Of a stretch of DNA of 64,000 bases, positions 1-9,170 are shown in pieces. The position numbers and the translations under genes are program-made. The stretch comes from Bacteroidota bacterium (GTDB lineage Bacteria; Bacteroidota; Bacteroidia; NS11-12g; UBA955). How positions within the stretch are numbered: the stretch's first letter is position 1; every line of letters begins with the position of its first letter. The stretch is from contig JAQCBH010000001.1 in NCBI GenBank assembly GCA_027621365.1, positions 200,724 to 264,723 on the forward strand, read 5' to 3'. The notes under the pieces were generated by a model that was not told where the DNA came from, made no database searches, and worked only from the letters and a program-made list of their open reading frames with translations.

Positions 1-304
1 AAATGATCTCTGCACCGGTTTTGTTGCTCAAGTCAACGTGACCGCTCACGAAATCAGCATGGAAGTGGGTTTCGAAAATGTACTTGATGCGGTGGCCATT
101 CTTTTCGGCGCGCTCCATGTACGTATGGGTCTCGCGCAAGGGATCAATGATGGCGACTTCTCCGTTACTCTCAATGTAGTAAGCACCCTGCGCCAAACAA
201 CCGGTGTAGATCTGTTCGATGTTCACCTGTGCATTGGAGGGAGGATTGGAAGGGGTGGCTGATGCAGCAACCTTGTCCTTCTTGAAGAAATTGAATAGGT
301 TCAT
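1..304 (-). CDS. MBL-fold metallo-hydrolase, persulfide dioxygenase/rhodanese-type (5' part; runs off the window edge)
   Basis: Missing from the ORF track. Manual translation from ATG at 304 gives MNLFNFFKKDK...IEQIYTGCLAQGAYYIESNGEVAIIDPLRE...KYIFETHFHADFVSGHVDL; THxHADF is the ETHE1/Blh-like MBL motif. Confidence 0.85.
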   Translation of the reverse strand, partial: MNLFNFFKKDKVAASATPSNPPSNAQVNIEQIYTGCLAQGAYYIESNGEVAIIDPLRETHTYMERAEKNGHRIKYIFETHFHADFVSGHVDLSNKTGAEII

Positions 305-315
305 ATGGATGAGAT

Positions 316-990
316 TTATTTTTTATTTAGTTCTAGGTTGGCGCAAGCTGCGCACTTTTTTTCAAAGTCAATATACAATTCCGTGCCCAAACGCTTGGGA
401 TGCGACAAGTCGCAGTCGGCCATGTGCTGAAGGTCGAAATGGGGACCGAACAAGGCTTGGTATTCTTCGGCCGTACCGCCGAATGGAGGTCCTTCTTGTT
501 CGAATTCTCGGTTGAACAAAAGGCCCATCAAATGGCCTTCAGAAGCGAGCAAATGATACATCTTGCGCACATATGCCGAACGCAACAATGGCGGCAGGGC
601 GCAGAAAAACGTTTGCTCCAAGATGCAATTGTATTCTCCCTCATGGGCAAAGAAATCGCCTTCAATAACGCGAATTCGATCGGAGTAATCGGCATAACGA
701 GCCTTCAAGGCATTCACCAAATCGGGGGCGATATCAATCAAGGTCACGTTGGTAAAACCTTGCTCCAGCAAATAATCGGCTTCGTAGGCGTTGCCGCAGC
801 CGGGTATCAAAATGGCCGCATTCTTGTCGGAGATGCCATCGATGGTATGCACCAAAGCAGGTGAAGCAGCGTTCAAATCCCAGCCGGTCTCTCCGACCTT
901 GTATTTGCTATTCCAAAACTCCTGACCGTAGGGTTGTTCGGTCAAGGGTTCAGGCGCACAGCACAAAGGCTCTTGTTTCTCGGTACTCAT
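316..990 (-). CDS. Thiopurine/thiol S-methyltransferase (TPMT/halide-thiol MT family), SAM-dependent
   Basis: FWNSKY..GETGWDL, ILIPGCGNAYEA (SAM motif I), GDFF, EQTFFCAL, GPPFG. Confidence 0.85.
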   Translation of the reverse strand: MSTEKQEPLCCAPEPLTEQPYGQEFWNSKYKVGETGWDLNAASPALVHTIDGISDKNAAILIPGCGNAYEADYLLEQGFTNVTLIDIAPDLVNALKARYADYSDRIRVIEGDFFAHEGEYNCILEQTFFCALPPLLRSAYVRKMYHLLASEGHLMGLLFNREFEQEGPPFGGTAEEYQALFGPHFDLQHMADCDLSHPKRLGTELYIDFEKKCAACANLELNKK

Positions 991-2063
991 TAGGGCTTGC
1001 TATTGGATTGAAATTCTTTGATAGGACCGAATGGGCCGTATTTGTGTTGCTTTTCAGAGAAAGCATCGGCATAGGGACCAAAGGGATGGTCAAAATTCTT
1101 CTTGGCGACATCGGGCCAATCGGCGCTGATATTTTTGGCCGGGCGATCCATACTATTGACATAGGCCGCCACATCCCAAGCTTGTTCGTCGCTGAGCTGA
1201 GGAGACTGGTAGGTCGCACCCAATGGCATATTGGCTTTCACGTATCCCGCAAATCGACTCAAACGATACAATCCGGCCCCGTGGTTGTAGCTGTGCTCTC
1301 CCCACAACGGCGGATAGGTGTATTCATTGCCCTCAGCGTTCATGACTCCTTGCCCATCCACACCATGGCAGCTCGCGCACTTCACATCATACACAGCTTT
1401 GCCCTGAACGGGATCGGCTGGGCGATCCAGGAACGCCAAGTTGTAAATGCCCGCACCTTTGGCTTTTTCACCCTTGGGCTGCCCGGAGCCCACGTATTGA
1501 ATGTAGGCCGCCATGGCTTGCATTTCCGCACTCTCCTTGGCAGGGGCCGTACCGTTCAAGCTGCGCTCAAAACAATCGGCAATGCGCTTGTAGATGTCTT
1601 CGACCGTGCCGCTTCTGGCGCGAAACTTGGGATAGACAGCCGCTACTGAACCGTAGTTGTTGCCCCAGGGTTGCGTACCCGCGTTCAAATGGCAATTCTG
1701 GCAATTCAAACCGTTGCTCAACTGAGCAACAGAGCCTTTGGGACCTAAGTATTTACTGGTGTGCGCCACCAAATCTTTACCGTATTGCAACTGCGCTTTG
1801 CGAGCGCCTTCGGGTAGCTGATCGATGTCCAAGGCTTTCCACAAATCGCTGCTGGTATCCAAAGAAGCATATTGAACCGGCTGACTGAGCTTCCAAGCCA
1901 ACATGGCCGAGTCAGACAGGGGTTCTTTGTTTTGGTGAAACTCGTACTTGGAACCCCACAAGGTCCAAACGGTGATGGCCACAATGCCCACCACCATCAA
2001 ACCCAGGGACCACAAGAGTCCAGCCATGGTTTTGACAAGTGATTCAAGTGATTTTGGGTTCAT
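990..2063 (-). CDS. tsdA: TsdA-like diheme cytochrome c (thiosulfate dehydrogenase/tetrathionate reductase family) with N-terminal TM anchor
   Basis: Two CxxCH motifs (CQNCH, CASCH), active-site RIADCFERSLNG, YPPLWG..SYNHGAGL, ANMP. Start moved to ATG 2063, just after the tauE stop. Confidence 0.8.
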   Translation of the reverse strand: MNPKSLESLVKTMAGLLWSLGLMVVGIVAITVWTLWGSKYEFHQNKEPLSDSAMLAWKLSQPVQYASLDTSSDLWKALDIDQLPEGARKAQLQYGKDLVAHTSKYLGPKGSVAQLSNGLNCQNCHLNAGTQPWGNNYGSVAAVYPKFRARSGTVEDIYKRIADCFERSLNGTAPAKESAEMQAMAAYIQYVGSGQPKGEKAKGAGIYNLAFLDRPADPVQGKAVYDVKCASCHGVDGQGVMNAEGNEYTYPPLWGEHSYNHGAGLYRLSRFAGYVKANMPLGATYQSPQLSDEQAWDVAAYVNSMDRPAKNISADWPDVAKKNFDHPFGPYADAFSEKQHKYGPFGPIKEFQSNSKP

Positions 2064-2068
2064 AGGGC

Positions 2069-2869
2069 TTACAGAAGGGTTTCTTTGATGATGATGTACA
2101 CACCCATGATCAGCACGAACCAACCGAATGCAGGCTTGAGTTTGTCACCACTGATTTTCTTAGAAAGCTGGGCACCAAACAGAATACCACCAACGGCAAT
2201 GGCCGAAAAGATCAAAAGGAAATTCCAGTCAATCGTTTGACTTCCCTGCCCAAGGTCTCCCAAGAAGCCCAACAAGGACTTGGAGGCGATGATGATCAAG
2301 GAAGTTCCTACCGCTTGCTTCATGGGAAGCTTGGCCAAAAGCACCAAGGCAGGAATGATCAAAAATCCGCCGCCAGCACCGACCAATCCAGTTACCAATC
2401 CTACCACCAAACCTTCAACCGTAATCAAGGGATAGTTGTAGGCAATTTCACCCGCGTCAGCCGCTTGGGGCTTGCCCTTGCGAATCATGGAATAGGCCGC
2501 CAACACCATGATCACGGCGAACAGGATCAACAAGGCCATGCTCTTGGTCACCACAAATGAACCCATGGTCATGACCGTATCGGGGATCATGGGAACGATA
2601 TAATGGCGTGTGATGTACACCGAGATGATGGAGGGAATACCAAACACAATGGCCGTGCGCCAGTGAATGTTGCCCAGGCGCATGTGCGACACGGAGCCCA
2701 CCAAGCTGGTCAAGCCTACGATGAACAAGGAATAGGCCGTGGCCAAAACCGCGTCAACCGAGAACAAGTATACCAAAATGGGTACGGTAAGGATAGAACC
2801 GCCGCCGCCAATCAGGCCCAATGAAAGACCCATGGCTATGGCTCCTAGGTATCCAAAAATTTCAATCAT
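2069..2869 (-). CDS. Sulfite exporter TauE/SafE family membrane protein
   Basis: Duplicated GLIGGGGSILTVP / GLVGAGGGFLIIPAL motifs, AVGTSL, about 8 TM segments. Confidence 0.9.
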   Translation of the reverse strand: MIEIFGYLGAIAMGLSLGLIGGGGSILTVPILVYLFSVDAVLATAYSLFIVGLTSLVGSVSHMRLGNIHWRTAIVFGIPSIISVYITRHYIVPMIPDTVMTMGSFVVTKSMALLILFAVIMVLAAYSMIRKGKPQAADAGEIAYNYPLITVEGLVVGLVTGLVGAGGGFLIIPALVLLAKLPMKQAVGTSLIIIASKSLLGFLGDLGQGSQTIDWNFLLIFSAIAVGGILFGAQLSKKISGDKLKPAFGWFVLIMGVYIIIKETLL

Positions 2870-2913
2870 AACACAAAGTTGGAGTAAAATTCAATGCTGG
2901 TCAGTGACGATAG

Positions 2914-4677
2914 TTACACAAACTCGTATTCGTATCCGTCCAACTGCGACAAAACATTTTGAGGCAAGTCGGTACAGGTTACACGGCCTTCTACCTTGGG
3001 CTCGACAGGTGAATGCTCTTTCAAATACTCGCGAATGACATCGTGCAAATAATCAGGCAAATCGACAGGATTTTCAACATTTTTGATTCGGCACAACATG
3101 TCTTCGGGATCTCCTTCTCGCTCACAGGCAATGACCTTGTAACTGCGGTTGGGATCCATCGGTTCGCCGGCAATTTTGATCCAATTGATGCGCTCTCCCA
3201 TGGGCTTTTCGGAAGTGAAGTTCATTTCCATTCCTTTGAAACGCACCACCCATCCGCCGAAACGCTTGGCGGGGTCGACCGAAAACACGTTCTCCAATTC
3301 TTTTTCCAACCACTCTTTCAAGCGAGAACCTTTCACCTCACCCGAACGGGCCTGGCTGTTTACGGGCAGCATGGACCAAAGGAAATCATTGGTGATTTCT
3401 TGAGGCTGCTCGGGGTTGTCGACCACCAAGGGAGGACAAAAACGGAATCCGTTTGACAAAGCGATATCGGGCTTGAACTTCCAATGAACGGCGTCGGTGA
3501 TCAAGTTGTCCATGGGGTTTTCGATCACGTAGTAGCGCACCAAAGTGCTCTTGGTCTTTCCAATGACCGTATCGAGCTCAGCCTTGTAGGGCTCGCGCAT
3601 CTTGTCGACCAAGGCCTGCATATCGGCATTGGGCTTGTACTGATCGGGATCAACGTCGAGCAATTGATAGGTCTGATCTTTGATCACCCCGTCTTCGACC
3701 ACCACGTCCAACTTGGCCACAAAGGAACCGAAGGCACCGGGCTCGGTTACCTTGGCGTACTTGGCCTGAATGGGCTTGCGCACGCGCTCGTGGGTATCGG
3801 CGCCCAAGATGTAGTCGACCCCTTCGAGTTGAGGCTGATTGCCCAAAGCAATTTGCTGGGTCAAGCCCATGTGGGTGACCAAGAATACCATGGAACACTT
3901 CTCGTATTGACGCAAATACTTGACGTACTTGGCTACATTCTCCAGCGGATCGGTAAACGTTATACCCTTGCTGTAGGCGGGTGACTGGCGCTTAGGGGTC
4001 AAGGGATCGTTGTAGCCAATGAAACCAATTTTCACTCCGGCCATTTGCTTGATCCAATAGGGTTGGAAGATCATCTCTCCGTTCAAATCACCGCCGTCGT
4101 GGTACATGTTGGCGCAAATTTTGGCCGAGTTGTATCCACCCAAATCTTGCATCATCATTTCTTTACCGTACACGACTTCCCAGTTTCCGGGCAACATCAA
4201 ATCGTAGCCTACTTCGTTGATCAAAGGAACAATGTTTCGACCTTCGCTCAAGGCCGCTACTCCCCCGCCCTGGAAGCAGTCGCCTCCATCAATGACGACT
4301 GTATTCTCAGGATTTTCGTTGCGCAGGGTGTCAATCATGGTTTTCAGGGTGGCAAAGCCTCCGCGTTTTTTGTAAACGGGCTTTCCTTCTACCCAGAAGA
4401 ATTCATCGTGAATGCCCAACTGAGAATGAATGTCAGCCGTATTCAAAATGGTAAAGTGCTGTGCTTTGCCGCTTCGAACGGAGCTAGACTTGCCCATGCT
4501 AGCAGCATCGCTTCCGCAACCTTCTAGGGTTCCGGCAACAGCCCCTCCAAAGGCCAATCCCAAACCCAAAGAAGAAGCCGATTTCAAGAAATCACGGCGA
4601 CCGCTACTGGGTTGTTCGGTGTTTTCATCGCTGCATGACTGGCAGCTGCAGTGTGGTATATGGTAGATTTTTTTCAT
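2914..4677 (-). CDS. SoxB-like / 5'-nucleotidase-family metallohydrolase with Tat signal (possible lipoprotein)
   Basis: GRRDFLK Tat motif, LEGC lipobox-like, ADIH, DGGDCFQG, GNWE, THMG, DTHE, SNGFRF. Start set at ATG 4677, just after the porin stop. Confidence 0.75.
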   Translation of the reverse strand: MKKIYHIPHCSCQSCSDENTEQPSSGRRDFLKSASSLGLGLAFGGAVAGTLEGCGSDAASMGKSSSVRSGKAQHFTILNTADIHSQLGIHDEFFWVEGKPVYKKRGGFATLKTMIDTLRNENPENTVVIDGGDCFQGGGVAALSEGRNIVPLINEVGYDLMLPGNWEVVYGKEMMMQDLGGYNSAKICANMYHDGGDLNGEMIFQPYWIKQMAGVKIGFIGYNDPLTPKRQSPAYSKGITFTDPLENVAKYVKYLRQYEKCSMVFLVTHMGLTQQIALGNQPQLEGVDYILGADTHERVRKPIQAKYAKVTEPGAFGSFVAKLDVVVEDGVIKDQTYQLLDVDPDQYKPNADMQALVDKMREPYKAELDTVIGKTKSTLVRYYVIENPMDNLITDAVHWKFKPDIALSNGFRFCPPLVVDNPEQPQEITNDFLWSMLPVNSQARSGEVKGSRLKEWLEKELENVFSVDPAKRFGGWVVRFKGMEMNFTSEKPMGERINWIKIAGEPMDPNRSYKVIACEREGDPEDMLCRIKNVENPVDLPDYLHDVIREYLKEHSPVEPKVEGRVTCTDLPQNVLSQLDGYEYEFV

Positions 4678-4678
4678 G

Positions 4679-6097
4679 TTAAAAATGGTAATTGAGCACC
4701 ACGTTGTGGTGGAATACATTGACTTTGTTGAGAATATAAGAGGTTTTGTCGTAAGTGTCAGCGATGGCCTTCTTGTATACACCCAACCAACCTATCTCAA
4801 TGCCTTTGAAGAATCCTTCTTCCACCATGTAATAAATGGAGGCATTGGTTTGGCAATAAGCGGGGAACCCATATTTGTTTCGAGCCGCATCATTGGCGTC
4901 AGGCAACTTGTACATTCCCACACCTACAGAACCTGACCAGGGGTTCTCTTCGCTTAGAAATTGAACGACGGCGTTGTAGGCATGAACATCGGCGTAGCCT
5001 TCGTTGCGCTCCCGCGATAGAAAGGTATAAAAGGGATCTCTGCCCCATTCACGGGGCATCAAGTAGCGCCCTTTGTCGGCAATGCGGGTGTAATTCAATT
5101 GGAACTCCCAGCCCGAATGACGGCGGTAGGACAAACGAGTACTACCGACAAGGCTAGCTCCCTGTTCAGGATTCATATAGGTCTTATTGAGGTCGGCATT
5201 CCCCCCGTCATCTAATGCTTGTTGAGCGATTCCCATGGCGTACCATTTGAGGTTGCCTTCTACTCCTTTATGCAGGGTACTGACAAGCTCCAGCATCTCA
5301 GTATTGAACACATGGGTCACTGTTTGATTCCAAGCGTTCAATTTGACTCTATCTCCCAACTTCTGAGATAGCCCGGCATAGATCACCTTTGACTCGGGCA
5401 TATTCCCTTTATATCCCGAACGAGCCCCTGAGGTACTTCTACCAACACCATAAAGCCCAAACGATTCATTCACTTGGAACCATCTAACAGTGCTTCGGGG
5501 TGAGATCTCGCTAATCCAACCCAACTCCAGCTGAGTATGTTTGTTCGGTTTCCATTCCATGAGTACACCTTGCACCAAGGTAGGGCGCATTCGCCCGTCC
5601 TGGGGATTGATGAATGGGGTACGAATGTGCTGTTTGCCAAATTTGATCTCTAGGTGCTGATCGCTGTACTTGAGATAGAGGTCTTCCAAACGATCCAAGT
5701 CATGGTGATTGCCTGGATTTTCAACATCGAACAAGCCTACTTCGTGGCGATTGGGCTGTGCGGAGGCCGTATCGGGCACTTGCAAGTCGCTCGAAACTAA
5801 GTTATAAATGAAAAAACCGGAAATACCCAATTGAAGGCGATGCAAAGGGGCCGTTTCATAGCCAATACCCATTCCGAAGGCGGTCGCATGGTAATCGGTG
5901 AGTTCTCCTTTGTTGTAAGTCCCCATGCTGACAAATCGCGAGTGGCCGAAGAATTGACCGCTTTGAAAAAAATGCTGCAGGCTTGTGGAATCGATTTCTC
6001 GGTTTCGCTCCGTGTGGTGAATGTAACTGTAATGTTGCGCTTGGTTCCTAGCGAACAAGGAGAGAATACCTAGAAATAAAAGGCTGCGTTTTGCCAT
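4679..6097 (-). CDS. Outer-membrane beta-barrel porin, OprD-like
   Basis: Signal peptide MAKRSLLFLGILSLFA, KFGKQHIRTPFINPQDGRMRP (OprD-like GRQ.TP...D.R.P), C-terminal VVLNYHF beta-signal. Confidence 0.75.
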   Translation of the reverse strand: MAKRSLLFLGILSLFARNQAQHYSYIHHTERNREIDSTSLQHFFQSGQFFGHSRFVSMGTYNKGELTDYHATAFGMGIGYETAPLHRLQLGISGFFIYNLVSSDLQVPDTASAQPNRHEVGLFDVENPGNHHDLDRLEDLYLKYSDQHLEIKFGKQHIRTPFINPQDGRMRPTLVQGVLMEWKPNKHTQLELGWISEISPRSTVRWFQVNESFGLYGVGRSTSGARSGYKGNMPESKVIYAGLSQKLGDRVKLNAWNQTVTHVFNTEMLELVSTLHKGVEGNLKWYAMGIAQQALDDGGNADLNKTYMNPEQGASLVGSTRLSYRRHSGWEFQLNYTRIADKGRYLMPREWGRDPFYTFLSRERNEGYADVHAYNAVVQFLSEENPWSGSVGVGMYKLPDANDAARNKYGFPAYCQTNASIYYMVEEGFFKGIEIGWLGVYKKAIADTYDKTSYILNKVNVFHHNVVLNYHF

Positions 6098-6143
6098 GAA
6101 GGACAAAACTGCCTGATTTTTTTCTTCACGACAGTAACCTAGG

Positions 6144-6929
6144 TCACAATGCCGCCAACTTCGGAAACAAGCGTTGAGCGTTTTGGCTAGTCTGAGAGGC
6201 CAATTCTTGTATGCTACAGCCCCAATTGTTCGCCATAGCCTCGGCAACCAAACGAACATAAGCCGGCTCATTTCGTTTGCCTCTATGGGGCACCGGAGAC
6301 AAAAAAGGGCTGTCAGTTTCGAGCACAATTTTTTCGCGTGGAATGCCCGTAAGGCTATCGGCCAACTTGGCATTTTTGAAGGTATACACCCCTCCTATTC
6401 CGAGATAGAACCCTGTTTTAATGATCTCAGTGGCGAGTTCGTGACTTTCAGAAAAACAGTGAAACACTCCTCGAAGGCCTTCCTTGAGATAGGGCTTGAT
6501 GATGTCTAGGGTGGCGTGGGTTGCATTTCGGGTGTGCAAACAAATGGGCAGATCCCATTCCAATGCTTTTTCAATCTGAAATTTCAAAGCCGCTTCTTGC
6601 CAAGGGAGTGTGCTCTTGTCCCAGTACAAATCAAGACCGATTTCCCCAATGGCTACCCAGCGTTGATGATTACCGTCAGCAAACAGAGCCTCGAGTTCTT
6701 CTCGCCAATTCTCAAACACATCGCAGGGATGCAATCCCAACATGGCAAAGCAGAAGTCGGGATAAGACTCCGTCAATTCAAGCATGGGCTGCATAGATGC
6801 GCGATCGATGTTCGGCATGACGATGCCAGAAACACCCGCTTCTATTGCTCGTTGGATGACCGCTTGCTGATCGACTGCCAACTGTTCGTGATACAAATGA
6901 CAATGCGTATCGATCAGATTCAATTCCAT
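6144..6929 (-). CDS. tatD: TatD family deoxyribonuclease
   Basis: IDTHCHL, GLHP, AIGEIGLD, HTR, HCFS, ETDSPFLSPVPHRGKRNEP. Confidence 0.92.
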   Translation of the reverse strand: MELNLIDTHCHLYHEQLAVDQQAVIQRAIEAGVSGIVMPNIDRASMQPMLELTESYPDFCFAMLGLHPCDVFENWREELEALFADGNHQRWVAIGEIGLDLYWDKSTLPWQEAALKFQIEKALEWDLPICLHTRNATHATLDIIKPYLKEGLRGVFHCFSESHELATEIIKTGFYLGIGGVYTFKNAKLADSLTGIPREKIVLETDSPFLSPVPHRGKRNEPAYVRLVAEAMANNWGCSIQELASQTSQNAQRLFPKLAAL

Positions 6930-7699
6930 TTCAAGGGCTCCTTGTTCAGGAAGGCCGAAACACCTTTTTTCCAATCTTCAGATTCTCGGCTGCGAGCGTT
7001 CACATCTTCGGCATAATCAAGAGCATCACCGCGTAGCATTGAATGTGTATCCAACAACAAAGACTTGGTCATGATGGCTGCTTGTAGGGATACATTTTCG
7101 ACCAAGTGCTGAGCATAGGCGCGCACTTCTGTCAACAGAGAATCATCCGAAACCACCTTATTGACCATACCGATTTCTCTGGCTTGTGCCGAAGAAATCA
7201 CTTCTCCCGACAAGGTCAATTCCCGAATGGCAGAACCCCTGATGCGCTTTCTCAAGTATACAGAGACCAAGGCAGGAACGAAGCCAATTTTCACTTCGGG
7301 AAAACCGAAGGTGGCCGATTCAGAAGCCCAAACAAAGTCTGCCAAATTGGCCAAGCCACAGCCACCGGCCAAAGCAGGTCCTGCCACAGCTGAAATGACG
7401 ATTTTTTGCAGGAACAACAATCTATCAAAGACCACTCGCATGTTGTGGGAATCTTCCAAATTTTGGTCGTAATCAAATTGGCTCAGATTCTTCATGTGCT
7501 GAAGATCAGCTCCCGCAGAAAACACGGAACCTTCCGATCGCAAAATGACAACTTTAACCTCAGCAATGGACCCGATTTCATCAATAGCTGCGCTCATCTG
7601 AGTCAGCATTTCTGGCCCTAAGGAATTGCGCTTTTCTTCATGGCAAAGAACCATTTCGACAATCGCTCCAGACCGCTGTACTTTTACTAACTGACTCAT
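6920..7699 (-). CDS. Enoyl-CoA hydratase/isomerase (methylglutaconyl-CoA hydratase-like)
   Basis: FSAGADL, ALAGGCGL, FGFPEVKIGFVPA, GVSAFLNKEP. Confidence 0.9.
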   Translation of the reverse strand: MSQLVKVQRSGAIVEMVLCHEEKRNSLGPEMLTQMSAAIDEIGSIAEVKVVILRSEGSVFSAGADLQHMKNLSQFDYDQNLEDSHNMRVVFDRLLFLQKIVISAVAGPALAGGCGLANLADFVWASESATFGFPEVKIGFVPALVSVYLRKRIRGSAIRELTLSGEVISSAQAREIGMVNKVVSDDSLLTEVRAYAQHLVENVSLQAAIMTKSLLLDTHSMLRGDALDYAEDVNARSRESEDWKKGVSAFLNKEPLKWN

Positions 7700-7718
7700 A
7701 AAAACCCAAATCTAACCA

Positions 7719-9143
7719 TTAAGTATTTGAATTGGAAAAAAGTTTGGCCATCCTACTAATAAAATAAACCCATGCTATTTCGAGACAGTAAACTTGATAA
7801 ACCGAGATGGATCTGAGCTGCCAATATTGAATGATTTCACTGGGTACTCTCTCCCAGAGAAATAGAAATACCCGCATGGCCTCATTCTCCATCCAATAAA
7901 AGTTGGGCGGAAACAAAAGCCCTACCCAAAACAACGGAATTAGTAACCCGAGCAATGGGGCTAAAAAAATGGCACCCACCCAGAATCCGAGGGAAAAACT
8001 CTTATTGACAAAAACCAAAATTGGGAATGTCACTAGTACGCATACCATTGAAACGAGCAATAGCTGCGCTCCTTTGTTTTTAAAGGGAAACAACGGGACC
8101 ATGTAAATCAAGGCCGCAGTAGCCGCATAACTCAACTGAAACCCCATATCAAACGCATCTTGGGGTCGAATCACCAGTTGAATCAACAAGGAAATGGGCC
8201 AAACAAACCTCGCTTCAGTAGGGCGCTGGAGTATGGTTCTTCCCAACACAAACCAGGTGACAAAAAGCGCGGCCCTCAAGACCGAAGGAACCATATGGCA
8301 AATGGCGGCATAGCCCCAAACCAGCAGAAGCAAAATCACTTCACCAACCCGCACCCACCGCATCCCCAAGGGTAGAAGCCGTAAACCCCATTTCAAACAC
8401 TGAAAGAACATCCCAATGTGAAGGCCCGAAATGGCCAATACATGCATCAACCCTAAATCCTGAACTCGTTTGATTTCTGGAGATTCAAACTGGCCTTTAT
8501 CTCCCAGCACTAGGGCCATCGCCCAAGGTCTAACCGCAGCACTTGAACGTCGGCTCAATCTCCCTCGAATGGCTTGACGGATTCGGTACAGGATGGGCAA
8601 TTTCTGACGACCGATTGCTTTCACTTGCCTGTTTGCATAAACGGCATAGGCTTGTCCGTGATCCAAACTCCAACGCGCATAACAAAAACGCCCGGGCTCA
8701 TGGCCTTTGCAGCACAGCGGTGTAATTTGTTTTGAGCTCAGGAGAAAGACGCATCCCGGCTGCAGGTCTCCTTTTCTAAGTCTCAACCTCAACGGAGTTT
8801 CCATCCCCTCTACCTGAATAAGATACGTTGATTTGGATTCATTCAAGGGCTCCAAACACACGGCTTTCAATATGACTGGCAGGGAAATCAGAGCCGCAGA
8901 TTGCAAACGCTGAAACCGCAAACTACCCCAGGCCATTCCCAACAGGAGCAGGACCCCCATCATGGGCCTATTCAACCATCGAAATATGCATTCTACCCCT
9001 ATGGCCAGGAGCCATACAGCCGAGGGGACAGCATGGAGCAAAGGCCAGTCTTCTGGATAAAAATGGGATCGGGCAAAGCAAATGCCCCATAAAAAGGAAG
9101 CAGCTTGAAGGATTCTTGTTTGAACCAGATTGGGGCTATTCAT
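7719..9143 (-). CDS. comEC: ComEC/Rec2 family competence membrane protein
   Basis: ALVLGDK, GLMHVLAISGLHIG, PSVLRAA, DMGFQLSYAA. Confidence 0.85.
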   Translation of the reverse strand: MNSPNLVQTRILQAASFLWGICFARSHFYPEDWPLLHAVPSAVWLLAIGVECIFRWLNRPMMGVLLLLGMAWGSLRFQRLQSAALISLPVILKAVCLEPLNESKSTYLIQVEGMETPLRLRLRKGDLQPGCVFLLSSKQITPLCCKGHEPGRFCYARWSLDHGQAYAVYANRQVKAIGRQKLPILYRIRQAIRGRLSRRSSAAVRPWAMALVLGDKGQFESPEIKRVQDLGLMHVLAISGLHIGMFFQCLKWGLRLLPLGMRWVRVGEVILLLLVWGYAAICHMVPSVLRAALFVTWFVLGRTILQRPTEARFVWPISLLIQLVIRPQDAFDMGFQLSYAATAALIYMVPLFPFKNKGAQLLLVSMVCVLVTFPILVFVNKSFSLGFWVGAIFLAPLLGLLIPLFWVGLLFPPNFYWMENEAMRVFLFLWERVPSEIIQYWQLRSISVYQVYCLEIAWVYFISRMAKLFSNSNT

Positions 9144-9170
9144 GGTGCAGATCGAACTGCACCCGCCACC

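Noticed and set aside
6098-6373. N-terminal extension of the porin ORF
   Set aside because: It overlaps tatD; the signal peptide begins at ATG 6097.
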